Of a stretch of 64,000 bases of DNA, positions 1 to 11,206 are shown one piece after another. The DNA is from a virus. Every line of letters starts with the position of its first letter. The stretch's first letter is position 1. Both the position numbers and the translations under genes were made by a program. Below the pieces are notes generated by a model. It was not told the DNA's origin. It was given only the letters and a program-made list of their open reading frames with translations, and searched no databases. The DNA lies in the IMG/VR virus record IMGVR_UViG_3300044695_006747, positions 64,001-128,000 of that record; one strand, given 5' to 3'.

Positions 1-2
1 AA

Positions 3-2108
3 ACAGTTTATAATCCTAATGTTGATGTTAGATTAGAAAATCTAGTTGGAGGAACCAAAGTACAAGTTGATGGAGATCTAGTACCGTGGAACTATGGTGG
101 TATGCGATTACTAGATGAGGCTGCTCTTATACAAGTGTCGCAAGATAATAATTATCAGCTTCAGTCAGAAACGGGACAGATTACGGTCTATGGAACTCCA
201 GAAGTAAGTATAGGAGATGAATTGAAAGCTACATCATATGCATTTAGAGGACCAACTGTGACCAACGTTCAGGTACAGGTAGGAGAAAATGGTGGAGTAA
301 CAACATATACTTTTAGAACATTTACTCGTAAATTTACTCTTTTTAATAAAGAAAGCGCAGATAGATTAAGAACAATAGGACAAAATGCTATAAAATCCCA
401 AAAAGAATTTAGACAACAATTTAGAAAAATTAACGAAATGTTGATGACGGCCGCCGGAAGCTCATCTTCTGCTACTAATCCCTACGATTTGAGTGGCTCA
501 AAATTAGGTCAATATAGTCCTATGACGGTTTTGGTAGGATATTCTCATCCATACACCAGTCCATTACGGGCCGGAAATATAGGATTCTACCCAAGACCAG
601 GATCTCCTGCTCAATACTCTAAAGACTCTGTTAGACAACTAACAACAGTATCATTACAAGACGTAAGAGAATTACCACAAGAATTTGATCATCTATATAG
701 TACCAAAGCTTTTATGAGTTTGGAAGGATTATTATCTCCAGTATCTTTTTATCCAACATTTAATAATTCCACTAATGCATATAAACCATATTTTACAGAT
801 AATTGTCCAATATGTAATGGTACTAGACAATATAGTTTTGGAAATAAAACTTTATTTTGTATATTTTGTAATGATAAGGTTGCGGGACAAGATCCTGGGT
901 TACCAGAAACAAATATTCAGATACCGCCATATATTCTATCTAGTGAATTAACAGATAGTGTTATAGATAATCCTAATGCTGTTGCGGAATTACTATGGAG
1001 ATCCGTTGGTAAAACTATCAATTATATTAATCTAAATCCTATTATTATGCCCGTAGGAGAGTTAAGAAATAGATATGCTCAAAGCACAGATTTCACCGCT
1101 CATCATATAGATATCGTAGGAAGAAGTTTGGTGCCAATGGCAGGATCATTGTCTATAACAGATAATACTTGTATAGATCAAGATCAAATTTTTGGTAATT
1201 TAAATCTTGCAGATCAAAATGGTAGTATTCAAAATGGAATTCCTCCATCAGATTTGGACTGGAATTCGTATGCTTTCGATTTGAATTCTGGCACACAATC
1301 TAATAGATTTTATCTAATGAATCAAAGATTTTTAGCTTTGAGAGGACCCCTAGTTTTATCTGGATGGGGTTTCGATACAGAGGGATATCCTGTACCAAAC
1401 TCTTCTGGAGAACCCCAACAGTTAGATGATGAAGGATTTCCGAAAAGAATACAAAATCCACAAGATCAAAACGGAGGATTTCAAAATTATGAAGGAACAA
1501 TCTTAGGGAAAAATCAAATATGGGATGAAGAAAAGCAAAGATGGAGTGATCCGTATAGAGAAGATACTTTTTATAAAGGGTGGGGACTCAGACCAGACAC
1601 ATGGCCAGTCGGTCCTGTTGATTTGAGGTGGGATCATAGAAGAAAAGTTTGGACAGCAGCTCCGGAAGTTATGTTTGCAGAAGTTCAGTTAGAGGATGAT
1701 TTATCTCCTCCAACCATAGCTAGGGGATTTCTAAATTATGCAGACGAGCAGGCTCCTCTTCCCAATAATCTCAAAAGAATGGTATTAGTTAAAGATTTTT
1801 CGGAAACTTTTGGCGCCCCTAGAGGAGCTAAATTATATTGTAAGTATGATAGTGTAACAGGATTTTATACTCCTGTTACTAGGCAAAATATTATAACATC
1901 AGGCTTGATCACCAGTCCTAATACTGCGATCATATATAATGGTTATGCTCAGGGCTATGGAGAGAACAATGTGCCACACCCACCACAAAAAATTCCCGTA
2001 CAATATTTAAACTTTTTAAATTTACCAATTAATAATTTCCCAAATCAAGCTGGATTATTTATTTATATAACTAATCAATGGATTTTAATGTCAACAAATT
2101 GTGATTAA
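3..2108 (+). CDS. Phage tail/baseplate-like structural protein, 5'-truncated by the window edge
   Basis: The frame is open from nt 3 (TVYNPNVDVRLENLVGGTKVQVDGDLVPWNYGG) into the ATG at 102, so the true start lies upstream of the window. It has a CPICNG...FCIFC Zn-like motif and a WPVGPVDLRWDHRRKVW motif. It is co-oriented with the giant virion-like protein. Function is inferred from context. Confidence 0.55.
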   Translation, partial: TVYNPNVDVRLENLVGGTKVQVDGDLVPWNYGGMRLLDEAALIQVSQDNNYQLQSETGQITVYGTPEVSIGDELKATSYAFRGPTVTNVQVQVGENGGVTTYTFRTFTRKFTLFNKESADRLRTIGQNAIKSQKEFRQQFRKINEMLMTAAGSSSSATNPYDLSGSKLGQYSPMTVLVGYSHPYTSPLRAGNIGFYPRPGSPAQYSKDSVRQLTTVSLQDVRELPQEFDHLYSTKAFMSLEGLLSPVSFYPTFNNSTNAYKPYFTDNCPICNGTRQYSFGNKTLFCIFCNDKVAGQDPGLPETNIQIPPYILSSELTDSVIDNPNAVAELLWRSVGKTINYINLNPIIMPVGELRNRYAQSTDFTAHHIDIVGRSLVPMAGSLSITDNTCIDQDQIFGNLNLADQNGSIQNGIPPSDLDWNSYAFDLNSGTQSNRFYLMNQRFLALRGPLVLSGWGFDTEGYPVPNSSGEPQQLDDEGFPKRIQNPQDQNGGFQNYEGTILGKNQIWDEEKQRWSDPYREDTFYKGWGLRPDTWPVGPVDLRWDHRRKVWTAAPEVMFAEVQLEDDLSPPTIARGFLNYADEQAPLPNNLKRMVLVKDFSETFGAPRGAKLYCKYDSVTGFYTPVTRQNIITSGLITSPNTAIIYNGYAQGYGENNVPHPPQKIPVQYLNFLNLPINNFPNQAGLFIYITNQWILMSTNCD

Positions 2109-2110
2109 TT

Positions 2111-5100
2111 ATGTCTTGCAATAGCTGTAAATTAAAAAATACACACTGGTTAAACGATCTGATACCACCATCAGGTGATCAGATATCATTTGATCCAGAT
2201 TTATCATCTTTGATAGAGCCATTTGATGCACAATTTAGTGGTATTTGGAGACCATTAATAATAAATCAGAAAAGATTCGAGGAAAAACTATGGATACCTT
2301 TCTATTTGCCAGCAACTGGTTTGTTTGTGGACCGACACAAAGATTATGTTGGCTATGACAAATTTGTAAAAATTGAAAATCCAGAGTTTAAAAATTGGAA
2401 TATTGAAGGAAAATTAGATGTTTGTGTTGATGTTGGTCTATCTCATTTTAAAGCATTTCCTACGACAGGTGCTAATTCAATAAATTATAATGTACAGCAA
2501 ATTTCTAACGAAAAAACAAATAATTTTTCTATTCAAACTAATAATGTTATCAAAAATAAATTAAATGATGAAAAAGATAATACAGAAACTGGATCTGTTA
2601 ATGGAGTTATTCCTAGAATAGATCCTGAAAGCAATATAGTAACAATAGAAGTTATAGACAGAGGAAAAAATTTCGGTCTAAAGGCAACTAATGATGAATT
2701 ATTAAATTTATTTTCAGCTTCTATAGGACAAAATGGTTTAACTTGGCAATTTTCTCCTAATCAAGAATTTTTTAAATATTTATCAACTAATGAATATCTA
2801 TCGCTAGATTACACTGTCTTTACACAAAAAATGTTCCCAGGAGAAACAGTTCCACGAACAGGACAATACAGTATTAGAATTTCATTATTTGGCAGGAATG
2901 ATCTCGCTGAACCAAGAATTATTGCTGATACCGGATCATCAACCATAAATTTAATAGAAAAACCAGATCTTTACACAACAGGATATATCACGGTTAAAGA
3001 CGAAGATATGTCTCAAGAAATTTATGCTTTAGTCGATGATGTTTTTATTAGTGGTCAAACACAAGAATTACGATCTTCAAGGGACGATATAAAAAGAATG
3101 CTTAGTTTTGGTAGGGGTGTTTTGAGAGACACAACAACCAGAGAGTCAACCATAGAATGGTCTTTTTATAGTGGATCAGAAGACTTTCAATATTTAAAAC
3201 ACGGAGAATCACTAACTCTACAATATAATATTTATATATATGATAATCTTGGAAAATATAGTATATATAATAAAACTATAACTATAATTGGTAAAAATGA
3301 ATCTCCTGGCATTGGTTTGTATGATATATTAGACACGAATGGTGGAATATATGATCTAAATAATCCTAATAGTCTTCAAGGAACATTAAGTTATAGTGAT
3401 GTTGATTTTGGAGATAGTGTAACACCACAGGTGCTTTCTGTGAATGTTAACTATTCAAAATCAGGATTGGTTTCTTTTCATGAGTCTTTTAAAAATATGC
3501 TATCTGTTAGCGGAGGAGGAGGTAGAACAGGTAAAATAAATTGGGTTTTTCAACCAGATACTGAATTTTTACAGTATTTAGGTGTCGGTCAAATTGTAGA
3601 ACTAAATTATGTAATAGAAATTACAGACACAAATGGAGCTAAAGGATATGGCCTAGTTACAATTATTGTTATAGGTAAAAATGAGGATATCGAAACAGAT
3701 CAAACTACAATAAGTAAAACTTACACGCTTGAGCCACCACCACAAACCAAAGCTATAGTTGATAGCGAAACTATAACTGTTTCTGATAATAACAATAATG
3801 ATCTATGCAATATTATTATTAGTAATTATAAATATGAGTTTGAAAATTTTAATTATTCTAGTTTACTATCTTTATCTGATGATAGTCAGCTAAATATGGA
3901 GTTACTGGGTGAAAGTATGCGACATATGTTATACTTTGTTCCAGATTACGAGAGTGGTGGCGGTAAAACATATTATAATAAGATAGGCAAATATAAATGG
4001 ATTTTCAATTCTTTTCCTCATCATTTTAGATATCTAGTTAATGGAGAAGAAATATCTAGCTTAAAATTAACATATGAAGTTTTATTAGTAGATACGTATG
4101 GCTCTTATAAAAAAATAAAATTTATATTTACTATTAATGGCTATGAAGCACCAGAGACAGAAAGCACAAGTCCTCTGATAACAGATAATAAATATTATGA
4201 TTATATATTTGGATGGTATAGATATTATGATATCGAAAAATTAAATGATGATAGATATATACCAGGAGTTGATTTTTATTTTGGATCATTGGACACTTAT
4301 GTATACGGTGTTGATGGAATCAGTAGATTAGTCGTACCAGAATATAAAAAATTTGGTATTTATCCCAGACCCGAAATGCCTAGAGACTCTCTGCCAGTAG
4401 ATAATGTATTATTCGAAGATGGATATCTATACGACTATTCTGCTGAAATAGGTCTTATGCATTTAGGTCCAACTGGTTCATTATTGAGTCCAAGTGGCAC
4501 TCTCTATCAGTATATAACAAACCCTTATGAAAGACAAAAAGCTTTACATATTATAAATACCAGTCCTTATATTGATCAAATTACACATACTCTTACAGAT
4601 ATAGATGCTGTTGATTATACACGAGATTCTTATGGCAGAATTTTACCACTATTGAGCGGCATGTCTGCCAAATCTTTTAAGGATCTTTCTTTGAATAGGT
4701 TTGTTTCAAGAAAACAAGAAATATTTTATAGACTAGCACAAAAATATGGACTATCACTAATATTAGAAGAATCAGAAAAATTAAAATTAAAATCAAAATT
4801 TGTTTCAGATATTGGGGCAAATGTTAAAATTAATCAAAAAATGTTCATGGAACAAGATCCTGAGCAAACAGATAAATTATGTTTTATTGATACTACAATA
4901 AATATTGGTGATATAAAATATCATCGAGGATTATGTAAAAAAGATGAAACAGATATGCCTATAGTTTTGGATGTTAATAAAATGATTAATTCTCCAATAG
5001 TTATAGGCCCACCCCCACCGCATCTTTTGGCAAACTATATAGACACAATAGATGATTATTTTTTTCATATAATAGATTATAGACTTAATGAAAAATTAGT

Positions 5101-8100
5101 TAATCAACAATATGTATTTAATCTTAAAGATAAGGATTATTACTATAACGAATACAACACCCCTTTTATTCCACCATACTTTCCTAGTTACCCATATAGA
5201 GTTCCGAAGGGTATAGATGATCTAAATTTAATATTTCATGGTCATGGTGGAATTCAAGATTTATCTATAGTAATAGCAGAAGAGAGTCCACTAAGAGATA
5301 TAGAACATTTTGATTTAACTTACAAAGAATACGACCTTGAATCGATAGAGGGACCTCCTTCGCCTATTGAAATATCGTATTATAGTAATCATGGTTCTCG
5401 TGTCTATTTGGGAGATATAGAAATAGACTATTTACGTACTCCTTCAAGACCTAAATGCGAACCATTTATTTCTTATCGTAGTTACGGTCCACGTCCACGA
5501 CCACAAGCAATTGGGTATATTAGCGAGACATTCTATGATTTTATAGATGAAGATATAAAATTATTTTCATATCTACCTGCAATAACGTCATACTATTTAC
5601 CTTCTGGTAATTATTATGCTTCTTTAACAGAGGACCAAAGAAAATTATTCAATATAGATTTATATAATCATCCCAGTGGATCAACCCCTCTGCTAAAAAC
5701 TCATAATGTGCAAGAGCTAGATCCAGAGTATAGTTCCTTTAACTCTACTTCAATAGATACAGGAGCTGAAATACTCTTACTAAACGTAACACATAATGGC
5801 AATATATCATTTGATTATCCGGTTTCTGGGTTAAAATCTGGTTATTTTTGTTTAGAGGCAGTATCATCTAGCGGTATCTTTGATTTACAACTACTTCCCG
5901 ATGAAAATACAATATCATCTGCGGATAGTTTGGCTCATGGTTCTTATGCTTTATGTTTAGAAAATATAGCCAATCACCATACTCTAGCAAAAATCACAGT
6001 GTCTGTTTCTGATCCTTGTGATTATTGGGAATTAAAACTATCTCATTTACCTTTTGATACTATTAATCGTCCATTGATATCTAAAATAGATGTGAGTGGC
6101 ACTATAGGATTTTTTCATCCAAATTCTGGATGGATAAATGATAGTCAATATTATTTTAAGACACCAATGGCTCCGTATGTTCCTTTACCTTTAGATTCAA
6201 AAGGAGATTCAGAGGAAACATCCAAACAGCCAATAATTAAACATCATCACTATTTTTGGTATGATAATGAAAAAATGTATAATTCTGAATATTTGAGTGG
6301 ATTTAATTATATGGTAAATTTATCTGGATTAGATTCAAATATACAAAAACATATTCAAAATTCAAGATTTATAGGTGTTGATAAAGAAGACTATTACTTG
6401 ATGACTTCTGATTTTTATAAATTCTCATATAATGCAGAACAATCTCCTATTAAAAAATCTATTCGTATGTCTTATATTGATATGGATTATTCTTACGGAT
6501 ATCCTTTTAATAATTTTAGCTTTAAACCTGTTGATAATAATAAAATTATAGTATCCAGTAATTTTGGTAAAAAAAGACCATTAGCATATTTTGATGATCC
6601 AAGATTACGTCAAGAATATGTAGAGCTTACAAATTATGAAACTATTAATATTGATAGTAAACTACAAAATATTCTTTTAGTTATCAGCAATATAACAACT
6701 CTCTTAAATTCTATTAATAATCAAATACGATATTGGCAGCAGCAACTAATTTTAGTAGATATAAGAAATATTGATGAAAGAAATAGATTAAATAATATTA
6801 TTAATAATTTATTTACTTTAATATCTAATATAGAAGAAAATATACAAATATTAAGACAAAAATATAGTGAGCTATCTGATAAAAAAGATAATTTTTTTAC
6901 AGCTCAAGTAGTGTCGGCAAGCGGAAACAGTGACTATCTATTACTCGAACTAGATAGACCATTGATTGATGAGTTTTTATCTGGAGGATACATCAGAAAA
7001 GCTAAAAACGATGAAAATAAATCTCAATCCATATTATTATATAGATCTAATGTGAGTCGTAATGATTTTGATTTAAAGATAAATAAATGGGGCAATCTTT
7101 TTGTTGTAGACACAGATTTTGTTGGTTCTTTAATTGACAATTCAAAACTACGAGCAGTAGCGGCATGGAGGCAGCCATCTTTGTTTCTCAATCAAAACAA
7201 TAATGGCTCGATAGAAACCTCTGGATATTATGTGCCGTATAGTTTTAAAAATTTACAGACCAGTGACGATGGTAATCCATCTTATTTTCCGACACAAATT
7301 TCTGTGTCGGATTCTGGTCCTTTGAAAATATCATCAGTTAACACCAAAGCACCTTCTAGTATATATGTTGGTCCATACACAGGACAGGTTCATATAACAA
7401 CAGCCTCTAAAGTAATTCAAGGATCTTTTATAAAAGTTGCTGATGATAATAGAGTTTTTTTTAGTTTCGTAGATAATGATATTGGAGAAGATACTCATAA
7501 TAGATATATCCATAATTATAATAAAAACTATATGAATCTTAAATCTGGTGATGCTATTAAATTTATCATAGATAATGAAGACCATCCTGCTCTTAATTTT
7601 ATTGATCCAGAAAATGAATATTATATTATATATTACAATGAAGGTAGGTTTATAGTAGGAGAATCTACCGAACAGCCTTTGGTATACGACGAAAATATAG
7701 ATTCATCAATAGCTGATTATGGATGTTTTGCTATAATAGAAGACCCAAAATTTAATCATGATTCTCCTTGTATTGGGAATCTTCGTGTAAAGTATAATAA
7801 TGAGACAGTTGATAATAAGTTCTCTAAACCGGCATTACCAATTTTTGCTGATATAGAATATGAGCCGATTGATGAAAATGATTTTTCTAAATATATTGCA
7901 CATATTCTTTATAGGTATTATGATCCACCTTTCTCATCAAACAGCAGACCCAGTGGATTATTTCCTGATTATATTGCTATATATGATAAATATATGGGAA
8001 ATATTCATGGAGTATTTTATTCTTATATAGAAGATCCTTCAATTAGAGAACCAAGCGGAATATTGAGAGTTAATAGAAATAGTTTTTATGATCATAATGA

Positions 8101-11100
8101 AGATTTAAAAAATAATTATTACACTTATGCATATGGAACAAATGTTTCTCGTAATAATATTTATTACCAAAATAATAATACTAACGAAGAAATACCACTA
8201 GATAGCGGAAGTATACAGGCTCTATATAATGTAGCTCCACAAACAAATAATATTGTTATAGATAGTGTTATTAATAGTTTAAATCTACAAATAGAAACAT
8301 TACAGGAAGATATTGTCGTATTATCTAGCTTTTTGACAGATACAAGCAGATCTAACGATGAAAAAAATTCTTATAGAAATAATATTACAAATATTAATCA
8401 ACAAATAAATAATATAATTAATACAATTAATCAATTAGATACTTCTCGCGACTCTTTTGGTTTAACTATAGATGATTTTAACTATAAAAAAATACCATTA
8501 ACATATAATCTAAATATTCCTGAATATCTCAGTGGTTATGACACGCATAATCCTTTTTTGGATATGAATATTTTTTCTGAAGACTATAGATTCAAACCGA
8601 CATTATTAACCAATGATCAGCCCGCACAATCTGGTTATGTATATTTTGAAGGATTAGTCGAAAATGTACATAGTAGTTTTTATGATAAAATGCAAACACC
8701 ATACGATCCACATAAAATGTGGATAGATATACCAGACAATGCGGATATTTCTCTTATGACTAAATTTGGTAAAATTTTTTCCTCTAAAGTGGTATACAGC
8801 ATATTGCAAAAAGTAGATGTAGAATGCGATAGTGCTGTTTCTACCTGTGCGGAAATGGCGTCTAAATCATATTGTGATAATCCTGATCTTTTAGAAGGGG
8901 CCGCTGATCTTTTTGGTATTCTAAAATTACCTATGGAATTATTTAATTTTGAAGAAATAACACTGCCTATAGATTGTGATAAAATTAATTTATGTTGTTT
9001 AACTTTGGATAGTAGGGATGGTAGTGCTAGCATCGAAAATTATTATAGAAATTTTAATTTTTATCCCAACATAGGACCACAAGACTCATGGATCTATACC
9101 ACCTCAAACTATGATTATGCTCCATTATTGGTATCATCAGAAGCATTTAATAAAAAATCTTGCCAAACTTTAGAAAAAGATATAAAAGAAATATGTTCAA
9201 AAATCTTTCAAAACTCAGAGAGGGATGTTGGATGTATAGGTTATAGAAACAACTACGCTACGCCATATGCTTATGTTCCAGGAGCAATAGATAATTATAA
9301 TTTAAATTGTAATAATTATTTTACTAATTTGTCTCTTCAACCACCATATAAAATCAATAGTGACTATATTATAGATAATAGGTATTGCCAGAATGGACCA
9401 CCTACTGCTGGCAAACTAAGTATAAAATCTCAAAAAATGTTATTATTTAAACTGAAAAAAATTAAACTAAAAGACCATATACAAATACCATTAGAAAAAT
9501 TAACTTTTATATCGTTGGATGAAGAACGTAATATGGCTATGTATAGCTATACAGATGGCTATCCATCTCAGAGATACACAATATTTCCAGGATATAGATA
9601 TAATAGCCAATTAAATGGCTTTGGCGGATCAAAATTGACCTATTTGCCAACAATAGATACTTCATTAGCTGTAAGATATATATTTGATAGTAATCTTCAA
9701 ATGAATTATCCAACATATGATGTTGGTATAATTACGGTAGCTGAAGGTATTGCAAATGCTGATTATTTGAGTAACAACTTTTATGAATACCCTACCATAA
9801 AAGGAGTTGAAACAGATTATTTTAAACAGGCCAATCAAAACAATGGAGCAAAAATAGCATTAAAAGCTAATCATAATAATATGATATGGCGTAATGAAAT
9901 TATGTATAGATCATTTATTCCTCACAATAATAAAATTCATCCACCATTAAGTGAATATGATATAAATTCTTATGGAAATAATAATCGTAATGTAATAGAG
10001 CGTGTTACTATTGATTGCTTACATAATACTCCAATCTCATCTTTGCCCGGAGAAGAATCGACGATTAGTGAAGAAATAAGATCAACAATTAATAATGAAA
10101 AAAAGAAGTTTATATCGCTAGGACCCATGTATAAACTTACTATTACAGATAATGATATCGATTATACTATAACTGTTTCTTTGGTCTCTTGCGAGGGAAG
10201 TCTTTGTTACGAATATGATATGGATTTGGGCGATTATAAAACCAAAGCATTAATAGATGTTAGCGCTAACGAGTTCGATTATGATAACTACTATTCTGAT
10301 CAGGGGTGTTCAATATCAGAATTAGAACCAAATGAACCAGATCCTCCTTCTCCAGACACAAATTTTAATATACAGCAAATTTATTCTATCAATCCAATTA
10401 AAATTGGTATTTTTTGTAATGATCCGTGTCCAGAAAATTGGTTTTATTGCGAGGATGATTTTGTGGTGTATACAGAAAAACAGGGCGAAATAGAGATTTT
10501 TGGTAATGAGAGTCCTTTTCCTGTAACGATTACAAAGGTTACCAATAGAATGGTTACTATAGGCAGAAGCAGAGAATCTTGTTGCGAATGGAACGAAATT
10601 GCTGATTGTGCTCCTCCAGACCCATCGTCTGGATATAATGAAATTATAGGTTTTAGACATTCACCACATCCGGATAATTATCATACATCATCTTTGACAC
10701 ACAATGCTTATATGTATTATCCTTTTCGTTCTAAGCTAGCATTTCCTAACCAGCCTAAACAATCTAATCGTGCTAGTTTTGTTTCTTCTAGCGAAAAATT
10801 TCGTTTAGGTAGCAGTAGTGAAATAATATCTCCAGGAGGAACTAGAATAGATAATAATTTACAAGAAATAGATTGGTCAGATACAACAGATAGTGCCGTA
10901 AGAATAATGCGCCCATATCTAAATATAGAGATTTTTTCTAATTGTATGAATATAATGATACCAGCCTCAATCATAAGAGGATTCTCACAAAATATATTGG
11001 GTGTAATAGAGTCGTTTTTTTCTTCAGAAGAATTTGCAAATAATATTTTTACAATTGATAGAAATAATAATATTAATAGAATTTTACCATCTATGAAAAT

Positions 11101-11206
11101 AGAATCTTTGAATAAAGATTTATCTGTAAGTTGTTTTTTGGCTGGCGGCGGATTCATAGGAGATACTGTGTACGATCAATACGGAATACAAACTTATGGT
11201 GAATAA
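2111..11206 (+). CDS. Giant (3031 aa) putative virion/tail adhesin with N-terminal VCBS/cadherin-like repeats and a Cys-rich C-terminus
   Basis: Uninterrupted 9.1-kb ORF. About four ~120-aa units follow the pattern G.l.WxF....FqYL..Ge.l.l.Y.i.i.D..G......tI.i.GkNe, which matches the VCBS-repeat consensus of large adhesins. The CDS is certain; the function is inferred. Confidence 0.65.
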   Translation: MSCNSCKLKNTHWLNDLIPPSGDQISFDPDLSSLIEPFDAQFSGIWRPLIINQKRFEEKLWIPFYLPATGLFVDRHKDYVGYDKFVKIENPEFKNWNIEGKLDVCVDVGLSHFKAFPTTGANSINYNVQQISNEKTNNFSIQTNNVIKNKLNDEKDNTETGSVNGVIPRIDPESNIVTIEVIDRGKNFGLKATNDELLNLFSASIGQNGLTWQFSPNQEFFKYLSTNEYLSLDYTVFTQKMFPGETVPRTGQYSIRISLFGRNDLAEPRIIADTGSSTINLIEKPDLYTTGYITVKDEDMSQEIYALVDDVFISGQTQELRSSRDDIKRMLSFGRGVLRDTTTRESTIEWSFYSGSEDFQYLKHGESLTLQYNIYIYDNLGKYSIYNKTITIIGKNESPGIGLYDILDTNGGIYDLNNPNSLQGTLSYSDVDFGDSVTPQVLSVNVNYSKSGLVSFHESFKNMLSVSGGGGRTGKINWVFQPDTEFLQYLGVGQIVELNYVIEITDTNGAKGYGLVTIIVIGKNEDIETDQTTISKTYTLEPPPQTKAIVDSETITVSDNNNNDLCNIIISNYKYEFENFNYSSLLSLSDDSQLNMELLGESMRHMLYFVPDYESGGGKTYYNKIGKYKWIFNSFPHHFRYLVNGEEISSLKLTYEVLLVDTYGSYKKIKFIFTINGYEAPETESTSPLITDNKYYDYIFGWYRYYDIEKLNDDRYIPGVDFYFGSLDTYVYGVDGISRLVVPEYKKFGIYPRPEMPRDSLPVDNVLFEDGYLYDYSAEIGLMHLGPTGSLLSPSGTLYQYITNPYERQKALHIINTSPYIDQITHTLTDIDAVDYTRDSYGRILPLLSGMSAKSFKDLSLNRFVSRKQEIFYRLAQKYGLSLILEESEKLKLKSKFVSDIGANVKINQKMFMEQDPEQTDKLCFIDTTINIGDIKYHRGLCKKDETDMPIVLDVNKMINSPIVIGPPPPHLLANYIDTIDDYFFHIIDYRLNEKLVNQQYVFNLKDKDYYYNEYNTPFIPPYFPSYPYRVPKGIDDLNLIFHGHGGIQDLSIVIAEESPLRDIEHFDLTYKEYDLESIEGPPSPIEISYYSNHGSRVYLGDIEIDYLRTPSRPKCEPFISYRSYGPRPRPQAIGYISETFYDFIDEDIKLFSYLPAITSYYLPSGNYYASLTEDQRKLFNIDLYNHPSGSTPLLKTHNVQELDPEYSSFNSTSIDTGAEILLLNVTHNGNISFDYPVSGLKSGYFCLEAVSSSGIFDLQLLPDENTISSADSLAHGSYALCLENIANHHTLAKITVSVSDPCDYWELKLSHLPFDTINRPLISKIDVSGTIGFFHPNSGWINDSQYYFKTPMAPYVPLPLDSKGDSEETSKQPIIKHHHYFWYDNEKMYNSEYLSGFNYMVNLSGLDSNIQKHIQNSRFIGVDKEDYYLMTSDFYKFSYNAEQSPIKKSIRMSYIDMDYSYGYPFNNFSFKPVDNNKIIVSSNFGKKRPLAYFDDPRLRQEYVELTNYETINIDSKLQNILLVISNITTLLNSINNQIRYWQQQLILVDIRNIDERNRLNNIINNLFTLISNIEENIQILRQKYSELSDKKDNFFTAQVVSASGNSDYLLLELDRPLIDEFLSGGYIRKAKNDENKSQSILLYRSNVSRNDFDLKINKWGNLFVVDTDFVGSLIDNSKLRAVAAWRQPSLFLNQNNNGSIETSGYYVPYSFKNLQTSDDGNPSYFPTQISVSDSGPLKISSVNTKAPSSIYVGPYTGQVHITTASKVIQGSFIKVADDNRVFFSFVDNDIGEDTHNRYIHNYNKNYMNLKSGDAIKFIIDNEDHPALNFIDPENEYYIIYYNEGRFIVGESTEQPLVYDENIDSSIADYGCFAIIEDPKFNHDSPCIGNLRVKYNNETVDNKFSKPALPIFADIEYEPIDENDFSKYIAHILYRYYDPPFSSNSRPSGLFPDYIAIYDKYMGNIHGVFYSYIEDPSIREPSGILRVNRNSFYDHNEDLKNNYYTYAYGTNVSRNNIYYQNNNTNEEIPLDSGSIQALYNVAPQTNNIVIDSVINSLNLQIETLQEDIVVLSSFLTDTSRSNDEKNSYRNNITNINQQINNIINTINQLDTSRDSFGLTIDDFNYKKIPLTYNLNIPEYLSGYDTHNPFLDMNIFSEDYRFKPTLLTNDQPAQSGYVYFEGLVENVHSSFYDKMQTPYDPHKMWIDIPDNADISLMTKFGKIFSSKVVYSILQKVDVECDSAVSTCAEMASKSYCDNPDLLEGAADLFGILKLPMELFNFEEITLPIDCDKINLCCLTLDSRDGSASIENYYRNFNFYPNIGPQDSWIYTTSNYDYAPLLVSSEAFNKKSCQTLEKDIKEICSKIFQNSERDVGCIGYRNNYATPYAYVPGAIDNYNLNCNNYFTNLSLQPPYKINSDYIIDNRYCQNGPPTAGKLSIKSQKMLLFKLKKIKLKDHIQIPLEKLTFISLDEERNMAMYSYTDGYPSQRYTIFPGYRYNSQLNGFGGSKLTYLPTIDTSLAVRYIFDSNLQMNYPTYDVGIITVAEGIANADYLSNNFYEYPTIKGVETDYFKQANQNNGAKIALKANHNNMIWRNEIMYRSFIPHNNKIHPPLSEYDINSYGNNNRNVIERVTIDCLHNTPISSLPGEESTISEEIRSTINNEKKKFISLGPMYKLTITDNDIDYTITVSLVSCEGSLCYEYDMDLGDYKTKALIDVSANEFDYDNYYSDQGCSISELEPNEPDPPSPDTNFNIQQIYSINPIKIGIFCNDPCPENWFYCEDDFVVYTEKQGEIEIFGNESPFPVTITKVTNRMVTIGRSRESCCEWNEIADCAPPDPSSGYNEIIGFRHSPHPDNYHTSSLTHNAYMYYPFRSKLAFPNQPKQSNRASFVSSSEKFRLGSSSEIISPGGTRIDNNLQEIDWSDTTDSAVRIMRPYLNIEIFSNCMNIMIPASIIRGFSQNILGVIESFFSSEEFANNIFTIDRNNNINRILPSMKIESLNKDLSVSCFLAGGGFIGDTVYDQYGIQTYGE
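2580..4150 (+). repeat. About four degenerate tandem VCBS-like protein repeats
   Basis: Repeat ends are ISLFGRND (~2890), ITIIGKNE (~3290), IIVIGKNE (~3675) and FTINGYE (~4135). The units carry internal WxF...F.YL..G/N and (T/S)(V/Y)xD.D motifs. Confidence 0.6.

Noticed and set aside
7334-11157. Several minus-strand ORFs (83-146 aa) inside the giant gene
   Set aside because: These are expected shadow ORFs of a long coding frame, with no RBS or domain signal.
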